Assembly (NCBI GenBank): GCA_045580045.1
Contig: JAZNNC010000025.1
Coordinates: 20,367-84,366, forward strand
Length of the DNA: 64,000 bases
Direction of reading: 5' to 3'
Source: Tidjanibacter sp.
Lineage (GTDB): Bacteria; Bacteroidota; Bacteroidia; Bacteroidales; Rikenellaceae
The translations under genes were made by a program, and so were the position numbers. Under the pieces are notes generated by a model. The model was not told the DNA's origin. It ran no database searches and saw only the letters and a list, made by a program, of their open reading frames with translations. Shown in pieces: positions 46,531 through 55,789 of this stretch. Position 1 is the stretch's first letter. Every line of letters starts with the position of its first letter.

Positions 46531-47367
46531 ATGATTGTTGCGGGAGAGTACCAAACCCTACGCATCGGCCGCATCGCTGAGCCGGGCATATATCTCACAG
46601 ACGAGCAGGAGCAGGAAGTGTTGCTCCCCAATCGCTATGTGCACATCGACGACAAGATGGGCAACCTTGTGGAGGTATTCATCTACCACGACTCCGAAAA
46701 CCGACTCATCGCCACCCGCGAGAGGCCACTCGCTGTGGTGGGTGAAGCTGCCGTATTGAAAGCTGTGGACCGCAACGCACACGGCGTGTTCCTCGATTGG
46801 GGCATCACCGCCAAAGACCTCTTCCTACCCAACCGCAACGTGCCATTTGAGGTGGAGATTGGTCGCAAGTATCTTGTGTGGCTCTACCGCGACAACCTCA
46901 CCGGTCGTGTGGTGGCAACCACCAAGCTCAACCCTTATGTGAACAATACCGACATCTGCGTAAGGCCCAAAGAGCAGGTGGATATTTTGGTGGCCCGCCG
47001 TATGGAGGCAGGTTTCCGAGTGGTGGTCAACAACCGCAACTGGGGTATGATTTACAGCAACCAGATTTTCACTCCCGTAGCCGTTGGCGACCGACTCACT
47101 GCCTACGTTCACCGCATCAGCGAGGATGGGCGTATCGACCTGATGTTGCAGCAGGAGGGTAAGGATCAGACCGACAGCGCAGCCACAAAACTCCTTGAAT
47201 TGTTGCGCAGCCACAAGGGCGCACTTCCCATTGGCGACAAGTCCTCGCCCGAGGAGATTGCCACCCTCACGGGATTGAGCAAGAAGAACTTCAAGCGTGC
47301 CGCAGGTGCCCTCTACAAGCAGCACCTCATCACCATTGGCGACACCACAACCACCCTCAACAAATAG
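46531..47367 (+). CDS. CvfB/YitL-family S1 RNA-binding protein
   Basis: Repeated S1 motifs (EVFIYHDSENRLIAT, GVFLDWG..KDL), C-terminal winged helix SKKNFKRA.G.LYK. Confidence 0.88.
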   Translation: MIVAGEYQTLRIGRIAEPGIYLTDEQEQEVLLPNRYVHIDDKMGNLVEVFIYHDSENRLIATRERPLAVVGEAAVLKAVDRNAHGVFLDWGITAKDLFLPNRNVPFEVEIGRKYLVWLYRDNLTGRVVATTKLNPYVNNTDICVRPKEQVDILVARRMEAGFRVVVNNRNWGMIYSNQIFTPVAVGDRLTAYVHRISEDGRIDLMLQQEGKDQTDSAATKLLELLRSHKGALPIGDKSSPEEIATLTGLSKKNFKRAAGALYKQHLITIGDTTTTLNK

Positions 47368-47375
47368 GACCGATT

Positions 47376-48149
47376 ATGAGCAAACCACACACCGCCGAGC
47401 GAGTATCGCAAAGGGACACCTCCGACAACTACGTCTTTCAGCGTTCCCTGCTGGCCTATGTCTATGCCGCAGGAAGGGTAAAGGGAAGGGTGTTGGAGAT
47501 TGGCACCGGCAGTGGCTACGGCATTGAGCAGGTGGCCCCCGCAGCCGACCACTTCATCACCATAGACAAACACGTGCCCACAGCCGAACTGCTCACCGCC
47601 TACCCCAACGTGGAGTTCCGACAGCAGACCGTCCCCCCGCTCGCAGGCATTGCCGATGGGAGCGTCGATTGTGTCATCTCGTTCCAAGTGATTGAGCACA
47701 TCAAGAGGGATGCGGAGTTTGTGGCCGAGGTGGCGAGGGTGCTCAAAAAGGGAGGCATTTTCATCTGCTCCACCCCCAACCGACCGATGTCGCTCACACG
47801 CAATCCGTGGCACGTGAGGGAGTACACCGCCGAGGAATTTTCGGCCCTGCTGGGACGTGAATTCGGCTCGGTGGAGGCCCTTGGCGTGGAGGGTAATACG
47901 AAGGTGTGGGACTACTATGAGCGCAACCGTCAGAGCGTGGCCCGCATAGCCCGCTTCGACATACTCGACTTCCAGCACCGCCTGCCGAGGTGGATACTGC
48001 AACTCCCCTACGACATTCTCAATCGCCTCAACCGCAAGAAGTTGCTGCGCCAAAACACCTCTCTCACGGAGGGTATCACAATGGACGACTACGCCGTTGT
48101 CCCCGTCCACAAAAAGTGCTTCGATTTGCTCTACGTGGCAACAAAATAG
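47376..48149 (+). CDS. Class I SAM-dependent methyltransferase
   Basis: VLEIGTGSGYG, D.VISFQVIEH, STPN, NPWHVREY. Confidence 0.9.
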   Translation: MSKPHTAERVSQRDTSDNYVFQRSLLAYVYAAGRVKGRVLEIGTGSGYGIEQVAPAADHFITIDKHVPTAELLTAYPNVEFRQQTVPPLAGIADGSVDCVISFQVIEHIKRDAEFVAEVARVLKKGGIFICSTPNRPMSLTRNPWHVREYTAEEFSALLGREFGSVEALGVEGNTKVWDYYERNRQSVARIARFDILDFQHRLPRWILQLPYDILNRLNRKKLLRQNTSLTEGITMDDYAVVPVHKKCFDLLYVATK

Positions 48150-48154
48150 CACTA

Positions 48155-48185
48155 AAAAAAGCGATGCTAATTGCATCGCTTTTTT
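48155..48185. terminator. Bidirectional terminator
   Basis: aaaaaagcgatgc-taatt-gcatcgctttttt. Confidence 0.8.
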
Positions 48186-48216
48186 CATAGGGAGGTTAGG
48201 GAATTTAGGTAAACCC

Positions 48217-48262
48217 ATTCTGAATTCTGAATTCTGAATTTTGAATTTTGAATTTTCAACTT
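48217..48262 (-). repeat. Heptamer array (minus strand AAAGTTG (AAAATTC)x3 (AGAATTC)x2)
   Basis: tgaattc/tgaattt units read directly; immediately downstream of the stop of 48264-48821. Confidence 0.92.
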
Positions 48263-48263
48263 T

Positions 48264-48821
48264 CTACTCCCAGAATGGAACGGCACAGTCCCTCAACATA
48301 TGGGCGATGACCACATCGTCAAGTGAGGAGTTGATGGCTCCCCACACAAAGTTCTGCACCGAGCCAAACACATTGTCCACACCATTTGCCAAGCACATAT
48401 AGTACTCCTTCTGCTGGTGGGTGGTCATCCCTGCGGGCAGCACCCCTGCACTAACAAGGCTTTCGTAGGGAAATAGGTAGCGCATATTGTGTGCGTTGGC
48501 CTTGATGTCGTTCGCAATGGTCGCAACAACCACCACCTCAACACTGTCGCCCACCATTGGCATCTCGATAAACTCCACATAGGAGGGCCAACGCTCTTCC
48601 AATATGTCGGCCACCTCGGCACTAAACATCTCAAACTCTGCCTCGGTGAGAGCATTAAGGTAGGCTATCTCCCGCCACTCGCGCAACATTTCACGAGCCT
48701 CCTTGCGCTGTTTCTCGTTCCACTTCTTCTGTGGCGAGCAGCTGCTAACACACAAACACACCGCCCCCACAACGACGAAGGTAGCCAATGTAACCACCGA
48801 TTTCAAAAAATTCTTACGCAT
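48264..48821 (-). CDS. Hypothetical lipoprotein
   Basis: MRKNFLKSVVTLATFVVVGAVCLCVSSC lipobox-like signal; no family recognised. Confidence 0.7.
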   Translation of the reverse strand: MRKNFLKSVVTLATFVVVGAVCLCVSSCSPQKKWNEKQRKEAREMLREWREIAYLNALTEAEFEMFSAEVADILEERWPSYVEFIEMPMVGDSVEVVVVATIANDIKANAHNMRYLFPYESLVSAGVLPAGMTTHQQKEYYMCLANGVDNVFGSVQNFVWGAINSSLDDVVIAHMLRDCAVPFWE

Positions 48822-49003
48822 AATTTCTTTCTGGTTTTGGTAAAAAAATATTAAAAACACCACCACAACCACTGCGCAAATTTCGGGCCACAAAGGAATT
48901 TTTAGTTAGTGGAGAGCAGAAAGAGCAGAAAAAATAGGAAGGGATGGAAGGGCAGAGGTGTTATCTTGCTTGGCCCCACACAAAAAAAAGATGGAGAGTC
49001 TGT

Positions 49004-49882
49004 CTAACCCTCCATCTTGTCGTGCACCCAATTTGTGAGTGCCACATAGTCCTGCACCGACAGTGCCTCCGCTCGCAACGAGAAGAATTCGTGCTCCTCG
49101 CCTCCAAAGTCGCCAAAGGTCGCCTTCAAAGGGGTTTTGAGCATCTTGCGCCTCTGGCTGAATGCCGCCTTCACCACCTTCACAAAGAGTGCCTCGTCGC
49201 ATCCCAAGTCGTGCACCCCGTTGCGCCTCATTCGCACCACCGCACTCTTTACCTTCGGGGGCGGATTGAAGACATTTTCGTGCACCGTGAAGAGGTACTC
49301 AATGTCGTACCACGCCTGCATCAACACACTCAGTATGCCGTAGTCGCGGTTGCCTGCGGGGGATGCAATCCTCAGCGCAACCTCCCTCTGTACCATACCC
49401 ACCACTTCGGGTATCAAATCCTTGTAGTCGAGCACTTTGAAAAATATCTGTGAGGAGATATTGTAGGGGAAATTACCTATGACTTTGAGTCCATTGGGGA
49501 ACATTTCGTCCAACGGCATATTCAGGAAGTCGCCAAAAATCAAGCGGGGTGTGAAATCGGGATAGTGGCGATGGAGGTAGTCAACACTCTCGCCGTCCAC
49601 CTCGGCACCCCACGTGCGTATATCACCTCTTGCGAGCAGGAATTGGGTGAGCACACCCGTACCACAACCCACCTCCAACACATCGCCGCCCTCGCTCATT
49701 GCATCCGCAATGGCTCGTGCGATGTTCATATCGGTAAGGAAGTGCTGCCCGAGAGCCTTCTTGGGCTTCACATAATTGGGGTTGGAGCTTTGTGCCGAAC
49801 GGCCCCCACCCTGCTGTCCACCTCTCGCGGAGTGCGACCTACTGCTGTTGTATCGTTTCGTTGCCAATGTTGTATTTCGCAT
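49004..49882 (-). CDS. rsmA: 16S rRNA (adenine-1518/1519-N6)-dimethyltransferase
   Basis: KKALGQHFL, VLEVGCGTGVLT, GNFPYNISS, F.PPPKVKSAV, QRRKML. Start codon uncertain. Confidence 0.96.
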   Translation of the reverse strand: MRNTTLATKRYNSSRSHSARGGQQGGGRSAQSSNPNYVKPKKALGQHFLTDMNIARAIADAMSEGGDVLEVGCGTGVLTQFLLARGDIRTWGAEVDGESVDYLHRHYPDFTPRLIFGDFLNMPLDEMFPNGLKVIGNFPYNISSQIFFKVLDYKDLIPEVVGMVQREVALRIASPAGNRDYGILSVLMQAWYDIEYLFTVHENVFNPPPKVKSAVVRMRRNGVHDLGCDEALFVKVVKAAFSQRRKMLKTPLKATFGDFGGEEHEFFSLRAEALSVQDYVALTNWVHDKMEG

Positions 49883-49884
49883 TT

Positions 49885-52083
49885 TTAGTTACCCTGCTCG
49901 CACAAAAACTTGATACGCACCAAACGAATCTCCTCCTCCGTGTAGTCGCCACCAAGTTCCTCCACCGCCTCGTCAAGACTATCACTCTCGGCATCCTCTT
50001 TGAAATAGAGGTAGATATCCTCGGCCTTATCCTCGTCAACCACTTGGTTGATATAGTAGTCTATGTTGAGCCTCGTACCCGAATAGACAATGGATTCTAT
50101 CTCGCCCAGCAGTTCGTCCATCTCCATATGTTTGGCACCAGCAATGTCCTCGAAGTCCATCTTACGGTCGATACTCTGGATGATAAAGACCTTGTTGCCA
50201 CTCTTGTTCACCACGCTCTTCACAACCATATCCTGCGGGCGGATGATATCCTTCTCCTCCACATAGGCCTTGATGAGAGCCACAAACTCGGCACCAAACT
50301 TCTTAGCCTTGCCCGCTCCCACACCACTGATGTTCTGCAACTCCTCGATGGTGATGGGGTACTGCACCGACATATCCTCCAACGAAGGGTCTTGGAAGAT
50401 GACAAACGGTGGCAGGTCGTGGCGTTTGGCCACCTTACGACGGAGGTCTTTCAGCATAGCGAAGAGCTCCTCGTCGGCAGCTCCGCCACCCTTGCCAAGA
50501 TTGACAGTCGCAGCGTCCTCCTCCTGCATCTCGTCGTAGTTGTGGTCGAGAGTTACAGTTACAGGATAGGGCTTATTGAGGTAGGCTTCTCCCTTAGGAC
50601 TAATAGACAGCAGGCCATAGTTTTCGATATTCTTGTCGATGAGTCCCTCAATCTGGCCCTTGCGAATGACTGCACCCCAGAACTTATCGTCCTGCTCGGC
50701 TCCAATGCCAAACCACTCGCTCTTGTGGTGGTTGTAGGACTTAATCAGCGCATTGTTCCGGCCCAACAACAGCGACACAATATAGTCGCTCTTGAACTTG
50801 CCACCCACGCCTTCCAGCACTTCCAGAATGGTACACATAGCCTTCTGAGCGTTGATTTTGGGTTTGGGATTGAGGCAGTTGTCGCAAGCTCCGCAATTCT
50901 CCTCGCCATACTCCTCACCAAAGTAGTGAAGGAGCGACTTACGACGGCAGATGGAGCTCTCGGCATAAGAGACCGTTTCGAGCAACAACAGTCGGCCAAT
51001 CTCCTGCTCGGCCACGGGCTTGCCCTGCATAAACTTCTCCAACTTCTGGATGTCCTTATAACTATAAAAGGTAATGCACCTACCCTCGCCACCATCGCGG
51101 CCCGCACGGCCCGTCTCCTGATAGTAGCCTTCGAGGCTCTTGGGTATGTCGTAGTGGATGACATAGCGCACATCGGGCTTGTCGATACCCATACCGAAGG
51201 CTATGGTTGCCACAATCACATCGGCCTTTTCCATCAAAAAGGCGTCCTGATTGGCTGCCCTCGTAGCGGCATCCATACCCGCGTGGTAAGGCAGGGCCTT
51301 GATGTTGTTGGCCACCAACAACTCGGCCAACTCCTCCACCTTCTTACGCGAGAGGCAGTAGATGATGCCACTCTTGCCTTCGTTTTGTTTCACATAGCGG
51401 ATGATATCGCGGTTTACGTCGTGCTTGGGGCGCAATTCGTAGTAGAGATTGGGACGGTTGAAGGAGGACTTGAAGACCTTTGCGTCCATCATACCGAGGT
51501 TTTTCTGGATGTCGAGTTGCACCTTCGGTGTAGCCGTAGCCGTGAGAGCAATGATTGGGGCACGGCCGATGTCGTTAACAATGGGACGTATGCGCCTATA
51601 CTCAGGGCGGAAGTCGTGGCCCCACTCGGAGATACAGTGTGCCTCATCAATGGCATAGAACGAAATTTTGATTTTGCGCAAAAACGACACGTTCTCCTCT
51701 TTGGTAAGCGATTCGGGAGCAAAATAGAGAAGTTTTGTTTTGCCGGCCAGCACGTCGTTCTTCACCTGTGCAACAGCCGCCTTGTTGAGCGAAGAGTTTA
51801 AGAAGTGAGCAATGCCCTCCTCCATACTGAATGTACGCATCGCATCGACCTGATTCTTCATCAGTGCGATGAGCGGCGAGATGATAATGGCAACACCATC
51901 CATCATCAGTGCCGGCAGCTGATAGCAAAGGCTCTTACCTCCGCCCGTGGGCATTAATACAAAGGTATCGCCTCCTTCGAGCACATTTCGGATAACGCCC
52001 TCCTGATTTCCCTTGAAAGACGAAAAGCCGAAATACTCCTTTAACTTACTCAATAACAAGTCCTCTCGTACTCCCTTTTCCAT
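49885..52083 (-). CDS. recQ: ATP-dependent DNA helicase RecQ
   Basis: MPTGGGKSLCYQLPAL, DEAHCISEWGHDFRPEY, ATIAFGMGIDKPDVR, CRRK..CGACDNC, RQC and HRDC domains. Confidence 0.97.
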   Translation of the reverse strand: MEKGVREDLLLSKLKEYFGFSSFKGNQEGVIRNVLEGGDTFVLMPTGGGKSLCYQLPALMMDGVAIIISPLIALMKNQVDAMRTFSMEEGIAHFLNSSLNKAAVAQVKNDVLAGKTKLLYFAPESLTKEENVSFLRKIKISFYAIDEAHCISEWGHDFRPEYRRIRPIVNDIGRAPIIALTATATPKVQLDIQKNLGMMDAKVFKSSFNRPNLYYELRPKHDVNRDIIRYVKQNEGKSGIIYCLSRKKVEELAELLVANNIKALPYHAGMDAATRAANQDAFLMEKADVIVATIAFGMGIDKPDVRYVIHYDIPKSLEGYYQETGRAGRDGGEGRCITFYSYKDIQKLEKFMQGKPVAEQEIGRLLLLETVSYAESSICRRKSLLHYFGEEYGEENCGACDNCLNPKPKINAQKAMCTILEVLEGVGGKFKSDYIVSLLLGRNNALIKSYNHHKSEWFGIGAEQDDKFWGAVIRKGQIEGLIDKNIENYGLLSISPKGEAYLNKPYPVTVTLDHNYDEMQEEDAATVNLGKGGGAADEELFAMLKDLRRKVAKRHDLPPFVIFQDPSLEDMSVQYPITIEELQNISGVGAGKAKKFGAEFVALIKAYVEEKDIIRPQDMVVKSVVNKSGNKVFIIQSIDRKMDFEDIAGAKHMEMDELLGEIESIVYSGTRLNIDYYINQVVDEDKAEDIYLYFKEDAESDSLDEAVEELGGDYTEEEIRLVRIKFLCEQGN

Positions 52084-52173
52084 ATTCAAAATCACTTACT
52101 TACGCAAATTGCAATATAAAGGTACTATTTTTTTCGGAAAATACACTAACTTTGTGGAAAATTTTTTGAAAAA

Positions 52174-52911
52174 ATGAGATTATACACTTCCGAACTGGTC
52201 AAGAAATACAAGAGTCGCACGGTGGTAAACCACGTCTCCATCGACGTAAATCAGGGTGAGATTGTAGGTTTGCTGGGCCCCAACGGTGCAGGCAAAACCA
52301 CCACCTTTTATATGATAGTAGGACTCGTCAAACCCAACGACGGACAAATCTTTGTGGAGGAGAACGGCGTCGCTACCGAGATTACCAAACTGCCCGTTTT
52401 CAAACGCGCTCAAATGGGACTCGGCTACCTGCCACAGGAGGCTTCGGTGTTCCGTGGTATGACCGTGGAGGAGAACCTCAAAGCCGTGTTGGAGATGACC
52501 AACTACTCGAAGGAGTATCAGAGAGAGAGGGTGGAAAATCTGATTGAGGAGTTCCGCTTGCAGAAGGTACGTAAGAATAAAGGTATCCAACTGTCGGGTG
52601 GCGAGAGAAGGCGCACGGAGATTGCACGCGCGGTGGCCATAAACCCCAAGTTTATCCTGCTCGACGAGCCATTCGCAGGTGTGGACCCCATTGCTGTTGA
52701 GGATATTCAGAGCATTGTGGCCACGCTGAAAGACAAGAACATCGGGGTAATCATCACCGACCACAACGTACACGAAACACTCTCCATCACCGACCGCACC
52801 TACCTGCTCTTTGAGGGCAAGGTGCTCAAAGCAGGTAGCGCACAAGACCTCGCCGAGGACGAAGAGGTTAGGCGTGTCTATCTCGGTCAGGACTTCAAAC
52901 TCGACCGATAA
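52174..52911 (+). CDS. lptB: LPS export ABC transporter ATP-binding protein
   Basis: GPNGAGKTTTFYM, GYLPQEASVF, LSGGERRRTEIAR, DEPFAGVDP, TDHNVHETL, YLG. Confidence 0.96.
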   Translation: MRLYTSELVKKYKSRTVVNHVSIDVNQGEIVGLLGPNGAGKTTTFYMIVGLVKPNDGQIFVEENGVATEITKLPVFKRAQMGLGYLPQEASVFRGMTVEENLKAVLEMTNYSKEYQRERVENLIEEFRLQKVRKNKGIQLSGGERRRTEIARAVAINPKFILLDEPFAGVDPIAVEDIQSIVATLKDKNIGVIITDHNVHETLSITDRTYLLFEGKVLKAGSAQDLAEDEEVRRVYLGQDFKLDR

Positions 52912-52937
52912 GTGCTACAAAAGTGCAATTTTGCTCG

Positions 52938-52972
52938 CAATTTTGAACTTTGAGTTTTGAGTTTTGAATTTT
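52938..52972. repeat. Heptamer array CAATTTT GAACTTT GAGTTTT GAGTTTT GAATTTT
   Basis: Read directly; ends 5 nt before the -7 box TATATTTG at 52978-52985. Confidence 0.8.
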
Positions 52973-53005
52973 ATTCGTATATTTGCGGGCTAATTTACGG
53001 CACTT

Positions 53006-53560
53006 ATGAGCACAAACAAAGACTACGTCATCCCCTTTAAGGGCTACAAGACGGGCGTTTATGAGTTGGAGTTTCCGATTGATAACGCGCTTTTGGAGTC
53101 GGTGGGCGACGAGGAAATGATTGGAGCCGAGGCTGTTGCAAAGGTTACAATGACAAAGGGTGCAAGTTTGCTAACTTTGGATGGAACGGTCAGCGGCGAG
53201 GTTACGGTTGAGTGTGATAGGTGCTTGGACCCTCTCCGACTGCCGGTGGAGATTGAAGATTCTCTGGTGGTTAAGTTCAGTGAGGACGAGGAGGGATTCG
53301 ACGGCGAAGTGATGTGGCTCAACCCCGCAGATGCCGAGCTCGATATGAGAGATTGGCTCTACGAAACGGTGTTGTTGGCACTCCCCTACCAGAGGGTGCA
53401 CGAGTCGATTGAGGAGTGTAACCCGGAGATGGTCAAGAGGTTCAAAATCGTCAGCGAAGAGGAGTTCGACAGATTGGCAGAGCCCAAGAGCACCATTGCC
53501 GAGGGCGATACGGCGGATAAGTTGGCAGGACTTAAACGCCGTTTGGAAGAGAATAGTTAA
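53006..53560 (+). CDS. yceD: DUF177/YceD large ribosomal RNA subunit accumulation protein
   Basis: ECDRCLD, LALP..RVH; canonical position upstream of rpmF. Confidence 0.9.
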   Translation: MSTNKDYVIPFKGYKTGVYELEFPIDNALLESVGDEEMIGAEAVAKVTMTKGASLLTLDGTVSGEVTVECDRCLDPLRLPVEIEDSLVVKFSEDEEGFDGEVMWLNPADAELDMRDWLYETVLLALPYQRVHESIEECNPEMVKRFKIVSEEEFDRLAEPKSTIAEGDTADKLAGLKRRLEENS

Positions 53561-53593
53561 GATTATAAACATACAAAAAAGTAAAACAGAGTT

Positions 53594-53776
53594 ATGGCAC
53601 ATCCTAAACACAAGGTTTCGTCCACCAGAAGAGACAAGCGTAGGACTCACTACGTAGCAGCAGTTCCCACCGTAGCAGTTTGCTCGAACTGTGGTTCGCC
53701 CGTTCAGTACCACCGTGTATGCCCCGAGTGCGGTTTCTACCGTGGCAAATTGGCTATCGAGAAAAAAGCCGAGTAA
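53594..53776 (+). CDS. rpmF: 50S ribosomal protein L32
   Basis: MAHPKHKVS..RRDKRRTH...CSNCG...HRVCPECGFYRG (zinc-binding C+ form). Confidence 0.98.
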   Translation: MAHPKHKVSSTRRDKRRTHYVAAVPTVAVCSNCGSPVQYHRVCPECGFYRGKLAIEKKAE

Positions 53777-53786
53777 ATTCTGAACG

Positions 53787-54749
53787 ATGCGTAATCTGCG
53801 CATAGGCATAGATGCAATGGGTGGCGACTTCGCCCCCGACGCTGTTGTCAAGGGAGTGGTTGAGTCCATCGACCTGCTCCAAGCGACAACACAGGTGGTT
53901 TTGTTCGGTGACAAGGAGCGCATTGAGTCGCTCTTGAAGGCCGAAGGTTACGAGGGTGACCGCATTGAGATTGTCCCCACGACCGAGGTTATCACTATGG
54001 GCGACCACCCTGCAAAAGCATTCCAGACCAAGCCCGATTCGAGTATCCGTAGGGGTTTTGAGTATTTGAAGGCCGGTAAGATTGACGGCTTTGCAAGTGC
54101 AGGCTCAACGGGTGCTATGATGGCAGGAGCGATGCTGACGGTTGGTGTTACCGAAGGCGTTATCCGCCCCGCAGTTTCGGCCGCAATCGCCAACGTAAGA
54201 GGTGGTTACACCCTACTGTTGGATGTGGGCCTGAATGTGGACTGCAAGCCCGAGGTACTTGCTCAGTATGGTCTGATGGGTAGCATCTATGCAAAAGACC
54301 TTTGGGGACTCGAAAATCCCAAGGTCGGCCTTCTCAACATTGGCGAGGAGGAGAGCAAAGGCAATGCGGCAAGCAAGGCAGCCTACCAGATGTTGGCCGA
54401 GACGGAGGGCATCAACTTCGTGGGCAACATTGAGGGTAAGGACTACTTCACAGGCAAGGCAGATGTGATTGTTTGTGATGGTTTTATGGGCAACGTCTTG
54501 TTGAAGATGTCGGAGAGCCTGCGCTACATTGCCAAGGCGAGGAAGATTGAGGACGAGTTCCTCGACAACCTCAACTACGAGATTAAGGGTGGCACCCCTG
54601 CGCTGGGAGTGAATAGTGTTGTGATTGTCGGCCACGGCAGTTCAACGGTGTTGGCACTACGCAATATGGTTCACCAGACGGAGTTGAGCATCCAAGCCGG
54701 TTATGCGGAGGATATCCGCAAAGCTTTCGCTCCCGCAGAGGAGGCATAA
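53787..54749 (+). CDS. plsX: Phosphate acyltransferase
   Basis: IDAMGGDFAP, SAGSTGA, LDVGLNVD, GLLNIGEEESKG, GNIEG, VCDGFMGNVLLK, HGSS. Confidence 0.95.
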   Translation: MRNLRIGIDAMGGDFAPDAVVKGVVESIDLLQATTQVVLFGDKERIESLLKAEGYEGDRIEIVPTTEVITMGDHPAKAFQTKPDSSIRRGFEYLKAGKIDGFASAGSTGAMMAGAMLTVGVTEGVIRPAVSAAIANVRGGYTLLLDVGLNVDCKPEVLAQYGLMGSIYAKDLWGLENPKVGLLNIGEEESKGNAASKAAYQMLAETEGINFVGNIEGKDYFTGKADVIVCDGFMGNVLLKMSESLRYIAKARKIEDEFLDNLNYEIKGGTPALGVNSVVIVGHGSSTVLALRNMVHQTELSIQAGYAEDIRKAFAPAEEA

Positions 54750-54775
54750 GAAAAAATAGGGCCGCAAGGCCGATT

Positions 54776-54847
54776 GGTTCCATAGTTCAACGGATAGAAC
54801 GACAGTTTCCTAAACTGTAAATCTGGGTTCGATTCCCGGTGGGACTA
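54776..54847 (+). tRNA. tRNA-Arg(CCU)
   Basis: Acceptor GGTTCCA/TGGGACT, anticodon arm ACAGT-TTCCTAA-ACTGT, T-loop TTCGATT. Confidence 0.96.
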
Positions 54848-54848
54848 C

Positions 54849-54883
54849 AAGAGCGACTTATCTGCAAAGGTAGGTCGCTTTTG
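54849..54883 (+). terminator. Terminator after tRNA-Arg
   Basis: aagagcgactta...taggtcgctttt. Confidence 0.7.
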
Positions 54884-54893
54884 TTATATTGGC

Positions 54894-54921
54894 GACGGTT
54901 GACGGTCGACGGTCGACATTG
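54894..54921 (+). repeat. Heptamer array GACGGTT GACGGTC GACGGTC GACATTG
   Basis: Read directly. Confidence 0.75.
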
Positions 54922-55049
54922 TATTTTGGCACAAAGTTTGTTACTCAAAACAAAAAAAATAAACACCCACACACAATATGAGTACCAATCTTGCGTTTTG
55001 TAGGCAAACGGCACGAAAGCCGACAAATCAACAACCTAAAATAGTGAGT

Positions 55050-55745
55050 ATGGGCAAAGAGCAGGCCGCACGAATACAAACATCAATTCTCAATGCGGCA
55101 GAAAAAAAGGCACTCACCTGGCTCGCCAAGAGGCAACCGGTGTGGATGACATCGGACATTCTGACCTATATCGGAGTGGCCGGTGCGCTCATTTGTGCGG
55201 TGGGTTTCGCACTATCGAGCATCAATATCAATTTCCTATGGCTATCATCATTCGGACTTGTTGTGAATTGGTATGGCGATAGTTTGGATGGAACACTTGC
55301 AAGGGTTAGGGGCACCCAAAGGCCCACCTACGGTTTCTTCATCGACCACACCATTGATGCACTGACCATTACGGCTATGTGTGTGGGCGCAGGTCTATCT
55401 CCAATGTTGCGCCTCGAAGTGGCACTCTTTGTGCTTGTTGCCTACCTAATCCTCTCCATCTACACCTACATCTGCACCCTCGTCAAGGAGGAGTTCCGAC
55501 TGACCTACGGAAAACTCGGCCCCACCGAGTTCCGACTGATTGTCATCATCATAAACACCCTCTTCATCTACACCCCGTGGCGTTACCACACCTACGAAAT
55601 CGGTGGCGAGCTATTTGGCATTTTCGACATCATCGGCACCGTCATAGCTGTCGTTATCTTCGTAATGCACCTTGTGCAGTGGTTCAAAGACCGCAAAGAA
55701 CTATCGCTCAAAGACCCTGCAAAACCCTACAAACCAATCAAGTAG
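55050..55745 (+). CDS. CDP-alcohol phosphatidyltransferase family protein
   Basis: GDSLDGTLAR...YGFFIDHTID matches the DxxDGxxAR...GxxxDxxxD signature; membrane protein. ATG at 55050 preferred. Confidence 0.93.
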   Translation: MGKEQAARIQTSILNAAEKKALTWLAKRQPVWMTSDILTYIGVAGALICAVGFALSSININFLWLSSFGLVVNWYGDSLDGTLARVRGTQRPTYGFFIDHTIDALTITAMCVGAGLSPMLRLEVALFVLVAYLILSIYTYICTLVKEEFRLTYGKLGPTEFRLIVIIINTLFIYTPWRYHTYEIGGELFGIFDIIGTVIAVVIFVMHLVQWFKDRKELSLKDPAKPYKPIK

Positions 55746-55789
55746 GTGCATCCCAAACGAAATGAAAATAAGGAAGAAACGTCCGTAGA

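Noticed and set aside
695-49882. Density of RNA-modification genes (trmD, rlmD, rluA-like, rsmI, rluB-like, rlmI, rsmA)
   Set aside because: They are scattered, on both strands and in separate transcription units; consistent with ordinary core genome.
49792-51801. 669-aa plus-strand ORF over recQ
   Set aside because: Antisense shadow of recQ.
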